From the NCBI GenBank assembly GCA_048939995.1, contig JBHLOY010000004.1:96001-160000 (forward strand): DNA of 64,000 nt, read 5' to 3'. Positions within the stretch are counted from its first letter, which is position 1. The number at the start of each line of letters is the position of its first letter. This stretch comes from Promethearchaeota archaeon (GTDB lineage: Archaea; Asgardarchaeota; Lokiarchaeia; Sigyniarchaeales; SOKP01). This document shows, piece by piece, positions 9,768 through 19,923 of this stretch. The notes under the pieces were generated by a model. That model was not told where the DNA came from. It made no database searches and saw only the letters and a program-made list of their open reading frames with translations. The position numbers were made by a program, and so were the translations under genes.

Positions 9768-10631
9768 ATGAAGAATAGTAAATATAAGCGTGCACTATTG
9801 TTCTTTTTGGTTTATTGTTTATTTTGGATCGGAATATCTATAGCGTTATCTTTAATTATTGGAAGGAGTGACGATCTAACTAAATTAATTCCTATTTCTG
9901 ATATGGGATTAGAAACAGCTTTACTTTCTATCCTCCTATTGCCAATTTCTTCACTACTAGGCTTATTTGTAGGGGGATATGCAATTTCACCCCTTTTCCT
10001 CTATATTCACAAAAAAATCTTTAAATCTAAAATGGAATATGGGATTTATGATAAGCCAGAATTCCCTAAATTTAAATATTTCTCTTCTGGTTTATTCTCT
10101 GCATTAATGGCTATAAATTTTTCACTATTCTTATTAACACCTGAAATTGTAACCTTTTCAAGAGGAAATATTCCTACAAGTCAGGCAGATTATGCCACCA
10201 CTTTTGTTGTATTATTAGTAATAACTTTTTTTCTAGCGACAATACTTTTCGCTACTACTTGGTTTTTAAGCGATTCAGGTATACTGTATTCAAATAAAAA
10301 TGCGTTAGATAAGACTCCAAATCCCCCAGAAGTGCGTTCGATAGGACGTTGGTATGGACAATTTCTAAAAGGTTATGCTGGAGTTTCAGTTGTATTTTCT
10401 TATTTTGAATTTATTACTATATTTTTAGTTGAAACTGCGAGTCTAACAAGTTTATTTTCTATTTTATTAGCAATTTTCATTCCATTCCCTTTTTTTATGG
10501 TCCTCCCTTTTATTCCAACATTAATAGTCTCAGATTTACTAAAAAACCATCGAACTGAATATATTAGAAGATATGCAAGCAAGTTAGGTATAATAAAATC
10601 CGTTGAAATAACTTTTGAATTAAGAGATTAA
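9768..10631 (+). CDS. multi-pass membrane protein, unknown function
   Basis: About 6 hydrophobic segments; 2 nt after the GTPase stop. Confidence 0.8.
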   Translation: MKNSKYKRALLFFLVYCLFWIGISIALSLIIGRSDDLTKLIPISDMGLETALLSILLLPISSLLGLFVGGYAISPLFLYIHKKIFKSKMEYGIYDKPEFPKFKYFSSGLFSALMAINFSLFLLTPEIVTFSRGNIPTSQADYATTFVVLLVITFFLATILFATTWFLSDSGILYSNKNALDKTPNPPEVRSIGRWYGQFLKGYAGVSVVFSYFEFITIFLVETASLTSLFSILLAIFIPFPFFMVLPFIPTLIVSDLLKNHRTEYIRRYASKLGIIKSVEITFELRD

Positions 10632-10700
10632 CCAAACATTAATTTTTTCTTTAATATATTATAGAATAAAAATTGAAAAAAAATTTCTAATGAAAAAGTA

Positions 10701-12194
10701 TTATATATGAATAATTGGTTTCTTAATTTTCATCTTTTTACTTTCTTTTAAAATTGAGTGTCGATTTTCTATAAATGCGGTAATAAAAGACTTTCCTACT
10801 AATTGAGTGCATTTTATTATAAACTCTTCCTTTTCAATCTCGTTCTCGTTATATTGAGTAAGAATACTTACTATTTTCTTGAAATCAATACTAAGATTTT
10901 TCCTTAGAAATTTTTCGATATCTCCTATTTGATCTAATAATGATACTAATTGTTCTGAATAATCTCGAATGAGTTCATTTGTGCTTTTTAATTCGATTAA
11001 TTTCATGTTTATATCCTTTAAGATTTCGTTTAAAACCCACTCTCTTCTTCCCTCCGCCTTAATAAATACTTTATTTAAATTTTCTGAAATTCTTTGGATT
11101 TTAATATTTAAAGAAATATCTTCAGAATCATCCTTTAATTCAGCAAAACCATATAAATGATTTAAGCCCTTATCACTGATTAAAGGATCTGATCTTTTTT
11201 TTACTTTTTTTTTAGGAGTTTGGATATCTTTCAATCCCGGAACGAAAAAATTATTTTCCTGCAAAATCAACCCCATTTTTAACCCTAAATCTTTTGAAGT
11301 TATATCAGTATCAAAAATTAACGACTTTTCTGTTGTTTCTGGATTTAATTCTTTGAAATCTGTTTCCGTAATCCACTTTGGAACTAAAAATTTAGTAAAT
11401 TCTCTTAGAGGTTCAATTTCTAACTTTTTTAATATCATTTGATAAATATCTTCAATCGTGGTATATGGATCACTTTCTTTAAATTGTATCCCTAGTTTAG
11501 TCGATAATAAGGCAGGAATATCATTTGGTTCAACAAATATAGGAATTAATTTCTTACCCAATTTTAAAGCTGAACGCCACTCCATTTTAACAGCTTCAGA
11601 GTAGAGTGAATTTTTTGAACAAAATAAAAGAACGACTTTACATTGTTTTAAATTATCATCCATATACTGATATATATCATCATGCATATCTGCTTCCCAA
11701 TATAATATTTCTTTAATTTCTGGATAACTAGATAATACTCGCGTGATTTTGGGGATTTGAAAAAAATCTGAATCTACTGTTGCATAACTGATAAAAATTA
11801 ATTCTCTATCAATTGGAAAAGATTTAATAAGTGCCGGCGCTCTGATGTGCTTAATCAATTTCTTCTTCCTTCTACTAAAAAATATAGAAAGCACTGTAAC
11901 TAATAAAACACTTAAAGGTTCGAAAAAAATATAGAAAATTATAGAGTAATATGACATTGGGGCCATGTAAGAAATATTGAGGTAAAAAATAAGCATAGCT
12001 AATAGTGGAATACCATAAAATAACAAAGGAATTATTATATATGCTACAAAGAAAACTATCCATGTAATTAAAATAGTATACTTATATTTCTGTTTAATTG
12101 AATTGATGACCATCAATATAATAAAAACTATAAAAGCATAATGAATGAGATCGAATGGAGAAACTGCAAAATCGGGAGTATATTGAAATATCAT
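10701..12194 (-). CDS. membrane-anchored TIR-domain protein
   Basis: 3-4 N-terminal TM helices, then IFISYA, VVLLFCSKNSLYSEAVKMEW, LIPIF (TIR_2 pattern), then about 230 aa of unknown domain. Confidence 0.85.
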   Translation of the reverse strand: MIFQYTPDFAVSPFDLIHYAFIVFIILMVINSIKQKYKYTILITWIVFFVAYIIIPLLFYGIPLLAMLIFYLNISYMAPMSYYSIIFYIFFEPLSVLLVTVLSIFFSRRKKKLIKHIRAPALIKSFPIDRELIFISYATVDSDFFQIPKITRVLSSYPEIKEILYWEADMHDDIYQYMDDNLKQCKVVLLFCSKNSLYSEAVKMEWRSALKLGKKLIPIFVEPNDIPALLSTKLGIQFKESDPYTTIEDIYQMILKKLEIEPLREFTKFLVPKWITETDFKELNPETTEKSLIFDTDITSKDLGLKMGLILQENNFFVPGLKDIQTPKKKVKKRSDPLISDKGLNHLYGFAELKDDSEDISLNIKIQRISENLNKVFIKAEGRREWVLNEILKDINMKLIELKSTNELIRDYSEQLVSLLDQIGDIEKFLRKNLSIDFKKIVSILTQYNENEIEKEEFIIKCTQLVGKSFITAFIENRHSILKESKKMKIKKPIIHI

Positions 12195-12376
12195 GGTTTA
12201 AACCCTTATAAAGTTAATTTTTTGTTATATAACCTCTTATCATTAATTACTATAAATGCCTTGGTGCAATAATTGCATGTTTTTTCAAAAGTCCGAATTT
12301 AAAGGTATCTTGAAATTTTATTAAATTTTCAATAGATTTTAATTTGTTAATATATTAGAAATTACATACGGAAAAA

Positions 12377-12467
12377 GCGTCGTTAGTATAGTGGTAGAAT
12401 TCGCGCCTGCCATTTTATATTTAAAAGCAGAACGCGCGGGACCCGGGTTCAAATCCCGGACGACGCA
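12377..12467 (+). tRNA. tRNA-Gly(GCC) with 20-nt intron at 37/38 (12413-12432)
   Basis: Acceptor GCGTCGT/ACGACGC, anticodon stem CGCGC/GCGCG, GCC at 12409-12411, T arm CCGGG-TTCAAAT-CCCGG, BHB helix CTGC/GCAG; CCA not encoded. Confidence 0.95.
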
Positions 12468-12588
12468 TTTTCATGCTTAAATTAGTCTGTTTTCTATACG
12501 GTTATTTTCTATTTTGTTGAAATTTTCGTGAAATGTCTGTTTCACGTGAAAATTTAATTTTATAAATATTGTAGTTGAATCCATAATT

Positions 12589-13422
12589 ATGGAATTTAAA
12601 CAATTAATATACCAAGAAAAAGAGAAAACGGCTTGGATAACATTAAATAGACCAGAAGTGATGAATGCTTTAAGCATGCAACTTTCGGATGAACTAGTAT
12701 TAGCAATTGAGGAGGTTCGAAGATCTACAAAACTAAAATTTCTTGTCATAAAAGGGGCGGGAAATAATTTTTGTGTAGGAGATGATATCAAAGAAATGAT
12801 GCAATGGGGGGATGCTAATGATATCATGCGAAGGGCAAGATATTATCAAAATATGGCTAATCAATTGGAGGAATTGGACAAAATAACAATTGCAGCTGTT
12901 GATGGCTATGCTGTGGGTGGTGGATTAGAAATTACAATGGTCTGTGATTTCGTAATAGCTACTGAAAGGGCTAAGTGGGGTATGCCCGAAGTGGATGTGG
13001 GTATAACTCCTGGATGGGGTGGAACAACTCGATTATCACGCCTTATTGGAAGACGTAGAGCCAAAGAAATAAATTTTATTGGAGCGATGCATTCTGCTCA
13101 GAGGGCAGTAGATTGGACTTTATGGAATCGCGTTGTACCTAATAATCAACTTGATTCAGAGGTTGAGAATTTACTTAAAGTGTTGCAATCTAAAAACCAA
13201 CAAGGTTTACGTCAGTTAAAGTTTATTATTAACCGTGGAGTTGAATGCGATTTATATACCGCCCAAGGTTTTGAAGCTCTCTCAGGTGCACTTATAGGGG
13301 CAATAAATGGAATGTGGAAAGTTAAAGATGGTGACCAAGGCGTAGGTATATTAGGATTCTCTGAAAAAAATGAATTATGGAGAAAAAGAAGAAGCTTAGC
13401 TCTTAACTTCTGGTCGGATTAA
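12589..13422 (+). CDS. enoyl-CoA hydratase/isomerase
   Basis: LNRPEVMNA, GGGLE, MPEV..GITPGWGG; both catalytic Glu present. Confidence 0.92.
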   Translation: MEFKQLIYQEKEKTAWITLNRPEVMNALSMQLSDELVLAIEEVRRSTKLKFLVIKGAGNNFCVGDDIKEMMQWGDANDIMRRARYYQNMANQLEELDKITIAAVDGYAVGGGLEITMVCDFVIATERAKWGMPEVDVGITPGWGGTTRLSRLIGRRRAKEINFIGAMHSAQRAVDWTLWNRVVPNNQLDSEVENLLKVLQSKNQQGLRQLKFIINRGVECDLYTAQGFEALSGALIGAINGMWKVKDGDQGVGILGFSEKNELWRKRRSLALNFWSD

Positions 13423-13497
13423 ATTATTCTTTAGAATTAAGTGAAAAGTATTACTGAGTATATGAGTTCATTTTACATTAAATTTATTACCATGAAT

Positions 13498-14340
13498 TTA
13501 TAAGGTTCCAAGAAAATTGGAAATACCTGATGTTTTTGGAATTTGTACCTCAAAATAATTTTCTACAATTTCATAAAGAAAATCCAAATACGGTATAGCT
13601 ATCTTTATATTATGTTTCTTCTCTAACTCAGTAATTAACTTCTTAGAATAGAGTCTTTCATTTTCTTTCAGGTTATGAATGAATTCTACAATCGTTTTTG
13701 AGAGCTGAAATGCCTTTTGAATTTCATTCTTCAAAATGATCAAGCTTGTCATTGGATCATATTCATTTAAAAACTTTTGAATTATCGTTTTCTCGACATT
13801 TATTTTCTTAGTTTGGAGCTTACCTTCAAAATCGGTAATAATTTCTCGACCTTTAAAGGCAAAATGATTGCCATATGAGCTCTTATCATATTGAGCCTCA
13901 CTAATTAAAATTAAATCTATACCAAAAGAATTTTCAGTAAGATAATGAAAAAAATTTGAAATTTGATTAAATAAATATTGTTGATTAGAAATTAATACTA
14001 TTTTTTTTTTAAAGATCATAGCTTTTAGAACATAGCCCAATAAAGAGGCAGTTAAATTTAACTTAATCAAATCTATGTCAAATAGTTTTGATAATTCACT
14101 TTTTTTTTCAACAGTTTCTTCAGGCATAGTACTTGGAAGTTCAATTTGAAAATCTGCTATGAAAGCATCTCTAACAGCAAAATTTTTATCAACATATGCC
14201 ACAAAAGAATGTTCACAAACTATACCCTCAGCGACGTTTACAGCAAAAAGCCCTTTAGAAGCTTTTTTGACTTCATCATCTGAAACCTCAACAAAATTAC
14301 TTTTTGAACAAGCAGGACATCGAATTTGTATTTTAACCAT
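13498..14340 (-). CDS. hypothetical protein with N-terminal zinc-binding module
   Basis: CPAC...CEH N-terminal motif followed by an alpha/beta domain. Confidence 0.75.
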   Translation of the reverse strand: MVKIQIRCPACSKSNFVEVSDDEVKKASKGLFAVNVAEGIVCEHSFVAYVDKNFAVRDAFIADFQIELPSTMPEETVEKKSELSKLFDIDLIKLNLTASLLGYVLKAMIFKKKIVLISNQQYLFNQISNFFHYLTENSFGIDLILISEAQYDKSSYGNHFAFKGREIITDFEGKLQTKKINVEKTIIQKFLNEYDPMTSLIILKNEIQKAFQLSKTIVEFIHNLKENERLYSKKLITELEKKHNIKIAIPYLDFLYEIVENYFEVQIPKTSGISNFLGTL

Positions 14341-14476
14341 GATCCTAATTAGATATTTTTTTCTAGGGTTGATCTATCTAGTTCGTGAATTATTAATTTA
14401 TATACATAATAACTGTTTTGGTATTAAACTATTATGATCTCTTAATCCATATTATAATTTGCTAAAGAAAAACATA

Positions 14477-14956
14477 TTAGTATCTTTTCACTTTTCCAAA
14501 TCTTTTCTCAATAAGATTTGCTATAAGTAAGCAGACTAAAGTTGAAAAAATTTCAGCAACTAAAAATGCAAATAAATTACCTATATAGTAAAGTGTAGCA
14601 TAAAACGCAATAAAGAACAAAGGAGTAAAGATTATGTATATAATAAGCAATGGTTTAACAACAGGAAACTCTAATAGTCTCTTAATTACCGGAAAATCTA
14701 ATCGTGACTTTTGATATTGAGTTTTCAATTTCCTTCTTCGCTCCTCTTGAGCAAAAGCTTCAAAAATCATAGTGGTTCCAAAATATAATCCAATAATTGC
14801 TCCAAAAGGAACTAAAATTACAATTATATAATTTCCAACTCTTAATAAGTATTGAGCTATAAATATAAACAGAACCTGAAAAAGTCCACATCCCCCCAAA
14901 ATCATTAAGGCAAAATGTATATATTCCCTTGTTCTCCAACGAACTCTAATTGGCAT
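14477..14956 (-). CDS. 4-TM membrane protein
   Basis: Four hydrophobic helices with a basic loop. Confidence 0.75.
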   Translation of the reverse strand: MPIRVRWRTREYIHFALMILGGCGLFQVLFIFIAQYLLRVGNYIIVILVPFGAIIGLYFGTTMIFEAFAQEERRRKLKTQYQKSRLDFPVIKRLLEFPVVKPLLIIYIIFTPLFFIAFYATLYYIGNLFAFLVAEIFSTLVCLLIANLIEKRFGKVKRY

Positions 14957-14991
14957 CTTTGTTTATCATTCCTTTATATTTACTTTAATAG

Positions 14992-15082
14992 TGGGCCCGG
15001 CGTGATTTGAACACACGACCTTCCGCACGTCAAGCGGACGTCACTCCAGGCCTATAAGCTTACCAGGCTAGACCACGGGCCC
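14992..15082 (-). tRNA. tRNA-Val(GAC) with 17-nt D-loop intron (15044-15060)
   Basis: Minus strand GGGCCCG...CGGGCCC-A acceptor, TCCGC-TTGACGT-GCGGA anticodon arm, TTCAAAT T loop; D arm becomes normal once AGCTTATAGGCCTGGAG is removed. Confidence 0.93.
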
Positions 15083-15263
15083 TTCTTATAATTTTATCAT
15101 TTAATAATTATCGAAATTAATAATATGTAATTTATTTTATTAAAGAATAAATATTTTATTGGTTTTTTTTACCTTTTTGGTATTTTAAGCTCAAAAACAT
15201 AAAGTCCCAAAAAAAAAAGTAAGGATTAATAATTTAATTGTAAATATATTATAGAAATTTTAT

Positions 15264-15419
15264 CTAGCCTTTTTCTCTTTCAAATACTAAGTAGAAAGAA
15301 GCTGCTAACTTTAATTCCCAACCCTCTACTGCCTGATTATTTAAGATTTCTTCGAATTCTTTTGCACGTTTTGAATTGGAATAGATATTACCTACAGTTT
15401 CTACCTTATATTCTTTCAA
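15264..15419 (-). CDS. small DUF4177-like protein (51 aa), absent from the ORF track
   Basis: Manual translation MKEYKVETVGNIYSNSKRAKEFEEILNNQAVEGWELKLAASFYLVFEREKG; EYKV...LN..A.EGWEL...LVFER pattern; TTG start with GGGTG upstream. Confidence 0.8.
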   Translation of the reverse strand: MKEYKVETVGNIYSNSKRAKEFEEILNNQAVEGWELKLAASFYLVFEREKG

Positions 15420-15568
15420 TTTTATTAACACCCAAAAAATGTGTTATGCAATCTAAAGTTAGGATTTTTATTATATAATTGTTAGGTATCTTTCTTAACA
15501 AGTTTAATTGAGATTATAAAAGTCACCATAAGACCAATTTAAATAAAAAAAAAAGAAATTGATTAAAA

Positions 15569-16213
15569 TTATAGAAGTCCAATAAAAAGTAAGAATTGAA
15601 AAGAGTAGATAGCTAGAAATAAAGAACCGAAAATAATAAACAAAGCTCTTTTAGTAAAGATACTGAAGATAAAAATTAGGATGACTGCCGCGATCATTGT
15701 GACATATGCAATCCAATTTAAAACATACAATATATACCCAAATGGAATTGGAATGCTAAATACTGCTGACGTTAATAAGATGATATTTCCAACCATGTTA
15801 AGTATCCATGTTATTAAGTATAGGATACCACCAACCAAGATGACAGTTCCACCATGTTCTCTATTGTTACTTCCGACCTTAATAAATCCAATTCCTAATA
15901 TAATATGTAAAACCTGGTAAACTATCCCGAATCCTAGAAACAAGTTATAGATATAAGCAATGATTATTTCCATTGGAGTTGGTGAAGAAAGGGAAATTGA
16001 TGGAATAACAAGCCGTTCCAGAATATACCAGACTAAAAGTATGATGCCGATGATAAATAAGAGCTTAGTAGACGCAAAATTGTGCTTTTTTAGATCCTTG
16101 CTTCCTAAAATGAGAAATAAGTATGCAAGGGTTAAAAGGATAAAAAAAATCCATGTTAACCAGGTCCAATACAGAAATACAAGCGGAAAAAAAAAATTAA
16201 ACGTTATGGTCAT
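15569..16213 (-). CDS. multi-pass membrane protein
   Basis: About 6 TM helices. Confidence 0.75.
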   Translation of the reverse strand: MTITFNFFFPLVFLYWTWLTWIFFILLTLAYLFLILGSKDLKKHNFASTKLLFIIGIILLVWYILERLVIPSISLSSPTPMEIIIAYIYNLFLGFGIVYQVLHIILGIGFIKVGSNNREHGGTVILVGGILYLITWILNMVGNIILLTSAVFSIPIPFGYILYVLNWIAYVTMIAAVILIFIFSIFTKRALFIIFGSLFLAIYSFQFLLFIGLL

Positions 16214-16363
16214 TTTAAATCACCAAAATATTGGATGCTTTAATATTTAGAGTTATTACTATATAAAGCTTATCAAAAAAGAGTTGCAGGATTACTTTTT
16301 CAATTTAAACTTCGTTTAGTTATGGCTTAATTGAAAAAATTAAAAAATAAAATTTGGATTTAT

Positions 16364-17596
16364 TTAGATTTTCTTCTCTCTTAATGCTCTTATCATTGGG
16401 AGATCGTTGCCTGAAAGGATTTCTAACATTGCTCCTCCTGCAGTAGAAATAAATGAGACCTCATCTGCTAAACCTGCCATAGAAGCAGCAGCTCCCATTT
16501 CACCGCCCCCTATTATTGTTAATGCCCCATTTTCTTTCGTTGCCTTGACCATCGTCTTAACCATCTCATTGGTGGCCTCTCTGAAAACTTCTTTCTCAAA
16601 GATTCCTGGAGGTCCGTTTGCTACAATAGTTTTGCATTTCATTATAATCTCTTTGAATTTCTCTTCGGTTTTAGGACCAATATCTCCAGTTGTAGTATTA
16701 TATATTCCAGCATCATCAATAGTAATTACTTTTCTACTACCATTATCATCTATTACTAAATCTTCAGGAAGGATTATCTTATCTCTATATTTTTCATAAG
16801 TTTCTTTAATCATATCTTTATTTTCCTCTAGATCTTTAGCAATGATTTTATGATTTGGTTCTCCCATATTTTTACCGAGTGCTTCAAAAATCAAGATGGC
16901 AGTTAGTCCAGAACAAAGGGCATAATCTAGCTTTTCATTATCAAAATTATATTTCATAGCCTTGAATTTATCAATTGCCTTAGCACCACCTATTAACATA
17001 GACATAGGTTTTTCTGGTATATCCATTATTTTTTTTAAAGCATTTAATTCATTAGCGGTAATAGGACCAGCTAACATTTTAGGCCAACCCACGATAGAAA
17101 CGTGGGCTCGGTGGGCTGCTCCAAACGCGTCTACAATAACATAATCAACTAGGGGATATAATGTTTTAACCATCTCAGTATTTTCAGCATCTTTAAAAGT
17201 TTTGTATTTTGCCATTTCACCCTCCCATTTTCTAATATTATTCAAAACTAGGATTTCTCCTGGTTTTAAATCTTTAATTGCTTGAACAGCTTTTTCACCA
17301 AAAATATCGGGCACAAATTTTACTGGACGCCCTAATTCTTTTTCAATCTCCCTAGCATGAAGATCTAAATCCGTGAAATCTTCATTTCCGGGTCGCGATT
17401 GATGTGCCATTATTATCACCGCGCTATCTTTTATTTCTTCTAAGGCGGGAACTAATGCACGAATTCTTGGAGAATCCCTTATCTCCATCTTCTCAACATC
17501 AATATTAGAATTGATGTCTACACGCATTAACACTTTTTTTCCTTTTAAATCAACATCTTTATAGGATGTGTAATCGATTTTCATTTCAATTATCAC
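16364..17596 (-). CDS. pgk: phosphoglycerate kinase
   Basis: RVDIN, AHQSRP, DAFGAAHR, GGAK, NGPPGIFE, ISTAGGA. Confidence 0.97.
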   Translation of the reverse strand: MIIEMKIDYTSYKDVDLKGKKVLMRVDINSNIDVEKMEIRDSPRIRALVPALEEIKDSAVIIMAHQSRPGNEDFTDLDLHAREIEKELGRPVKFVPDIFGEKAVQAIKDLKPGEILVLNNIRKWEGEMAKYKTFKDAENTEMVKTLYPLVDYVIVDAFGAAHRAHVSIVGWPKMLAGPITANELNALKKIMDIPEKPMSMLIGGAKAIDKFKAMKYNFDNEKLDYALCSGLTAILIFEALGKNMGEPNHKIIAKDLEENKDMIKETYEKYRDKIILPEDLVIDDNGSRKVITIDDAGIYNTTTGDIGPKTEEKFKEIIMKCKTIVANGPPGIFEKEVFREATNEMVKTMVKATKENGALTIIGGGEMGAAASMAGLADEVSFISTAGGAMLEILSGNDLPMIRALREKKI

Positions 17597-17706
17597 TTTT
17601 ATTTTAGATTTGAAAGTAGATTTTACATGATTATAATATTTACTATCAGAAAAGTATTGATAAGTTAATACTTTTTTTGTATGCTAATTAAAAACTAATT
17701 TTCAAT

Positions 17707-18447
17707 TTAACTAACTTTTTGCATGATATAAAACACATAACCATAAAATTTAGAATATTTTCTGAAAATCTCAATTTCTTCTAGCTCCTCATCTAGTTGC
17801 TTCTGAATCTTATGATCATTTTGATATTATTTACGTAAAAAAGAAATCCTTTTCTCTAAAGGGTGATAATAATTATCCCACCAACTCGAATCTGGAACAT
17901 TGAAAAAGTTTATCATTTCATAATTATTTTCTATGATTAGCTTTTGATTCTCTTCAATAGTTTTAATGGCTGGGTAAGCTTTATCCCAAAAATCTTTTAA
18001 TTCAGAAGGAGGATTCTCCTTTAACCATGAAACTTCCGTGACTACAAAAAATCCCTTACTTTTTAAGAATTTCTGCCAGTCTTTTAGAGCATTTTCAAAT
18101 CCATAAATGTACACAGCTCCTTCCGACCAAATAATATGAAAACTCTCCTCAGCAAAATCCAGAGAAAACATCGATTTATTTATTGTTTGTATTTTATTAA
18201 TCACACCTACTTTTTTAGCCCGTTTAACTAATTCATCCAAAAAAGGTTGATGATTATCAAGCGCGATTATTGTTCCATTTATTAGTTTAGCTAACTGTAT
18301 TGTTTGCATTCCAGGTCCACATCCAACATCTAAAATACAAATATTAGCTGGTAAACCTTTGAGGTATAAATAAGCTTTTTTAGTGGATTTATTATCGCCT
18401 GGACCTTCTCTGGGTAAATTACTATGAATTTCAAAAAAAAATTCCAT
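17707..18447 (-). pseudogene. class I SAM-dependent methyltransferase interrupted by in-frame TAA (17827-17829)
   Basis: LDVGCGPG, IWSEGA. After the stop the same frame reads YQND...EIEIFRKYSKFYGYVFYIMQKVS*, the expected family C-terminus. Confidence 0.8.
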
Positions 18448-18503
18448 TTATAATCAATCCTATTTATTTGATTTAATTAGAAGTAATCATTAAAATATAT
18501 TAA

Positions 18504-19013
18504 ATGATAACATTTGAGAAGGGAAAAAAGCGATTTGCCTTTAGAATTGCTGGTGTTGCTATTTCAAACAACAATATTTTGTTGCATAGGAGTGTAGGAG
18601 ATGATTTTTGGGCCCTACCTGGAGGACGATGTGAACTTTTGGAAAATTCTAAGGATACACTCATAAGAGAGATAAAAGAAGAAATCGGAGTTGAGATTAA
18701 GATTGTAAGACCACTCTATTTTGTAGAAAATTTTTTTAATTATGAAAATCGAGCCTGTCATGAAGTATCAATTATCTATTTGATGCAATTTCCTCCAGAA
18801 TCTAAAAAAGTTGTTGAAAAAGATACTTTTTATGGACATGAATCTCAGCTAGGGTTTGAAAAAGATGACGTTTATGGAAAAGAACTTAGACTAATCTTTA
18901 GATGGTTTAATATAAACGAACTTGAAAATCTTAAGGTATACCCCTCATTTTTACGTACATCACTTAAGAATATTAAACCTTTTCCCGAACACATAATACA
19001 TAAAGATAATTAG
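18504..19013 (+). CDS. NUDIX hydrolase
   Basis: WALPGGRCELLENSKDTLIREIKEEIG Nudix box. Confidence 0.92.
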   Translation: MITFEKGKKRFAFRIAGVAISNNNILLHRSVGDDFWALPGGRCELLENSKDTLIREIKEEIGVEIKIVRPLYFVENFFNYENRACHEVSIIYLMQFPPESKKVVEKDTFYGHESQLGFEKDDVYGKELRLIFRWFNINELENLKVYPSFLRTSLKNIKPFPEHIIHKDN

Positions 19014-19042
19014 GAGCAATTATTAATCTATTGTGAAAGTAT

Positions 19043-19822
19043 ATGGAAGATATGAGAGATATTTTGAACAAACTATTGAATAAGGAATGTTCTATTGAAG
19101 AAGCAGAGAAACTATTAAAAGCTAACTTGATTGAGGAAGTAGGAGATCTTGCTAAATTAGATATTTATAGAAAGACTCGTACAGGCGTAGTTGAAGTAAT
19201 ATATGCTGAAAATAAAATACCTACTACTGTTATTGAAATTGCTAAAAAATTCTTAAAGAGTAAGAGATTTACCATAATTTCAAGATATAAAAAAGATCAA
19301 AAAGATGCTATTAAGAAAGAATTTGAAAATAATGAGAACTATGTTTTACACTTCAATGAATTGGCTAAGACTATAATTATAAAGGAAAAAGACCTTGAAT
19401 TCCAAAAAAAAAGTGGGATTGTAGGAATAATAACTGCTGGAAGCTCTGACATTCCGGTAGCAGAAGAAGCAAAAGTCATCGCCGAGTCGATGGGTTGCAA
19501 AGTTATTACTAGTTATGATTTAGGTATTGCAGGAATCCACCGTATTTTTAACCCTCTTAGTGATATGATAAAAAACGGAGTTCACATTATTATCGTCTGT
19601 GCTGGAATGGAGGGAACGTTACCTGGTGTTGTTGCTGCTCTTGTAGATGTCCCAGTTATAGGTGTTCCAGTATCAAGCGGTTATGGTTTAGGAGAAAAAG
19701 GTTTAGGCGCTTTAACAACTATGTTACAATCTTGTTCTCCCGGACTTTTGGTAGTAAATATTGATAATGGTTTTGGAGCAGGAGCTTCTGCTGCTTTAAT
19801 TGCAAATCAAATAGCTAAGTAA
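19043..19822 (+). CDS. larB: nickel pincer cofactor biosynthesis carboxylase/hydrolase LarB
   Basis: AGSSDIPVAEEA, DLGIAGIHR, AGMEGTLP, PVSSGYG, MLQSCSPG, VNIDNGFGA. Confidence 0.95.
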   Translation: MEDMRDILNKLLNKECSIEEAEKLLKANLIEEVGDLAKLDIYRKTRTGVVEVIYAENKIPTTVIEIAKKFLKSKRFTIISRYKKDQKDAIKKEFENNENYVLHFNELAKTIIIKEKDLEFQKKSGIVGIITAGSSDIPVAEEAKVIAESMGCKVITSYDLGIAGIHRIFNPLSDMIKNGVHIIIVCAGMEGTLPGVVAALVDVPVIGVPVSSGYGLGEKGLGALTTMLQSCSPGLLVVNIDNGFGAGASAALIANQIAK

Positions 19823-19923
19823 TTGTTTCAAGAATATTTGATTCATAAAAAACTATAAATATATCTTAAATGAATTAAATAAACAATCTATTTTAAAAAG
19901 AAATTGAAAATGGTTGATTTGAT

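Noticed and set aside
12377-15082. tRNA-anchored integrated element
   Set aside because: No integrase and no duplicated tRNA 3' end seen in the window.
17827-17829. Possible stop-codon recoding in the methyltransferase
   Set aside because: The codon is TAA, which is a normal stop throughout the window; not a Sec/Pyl codon.
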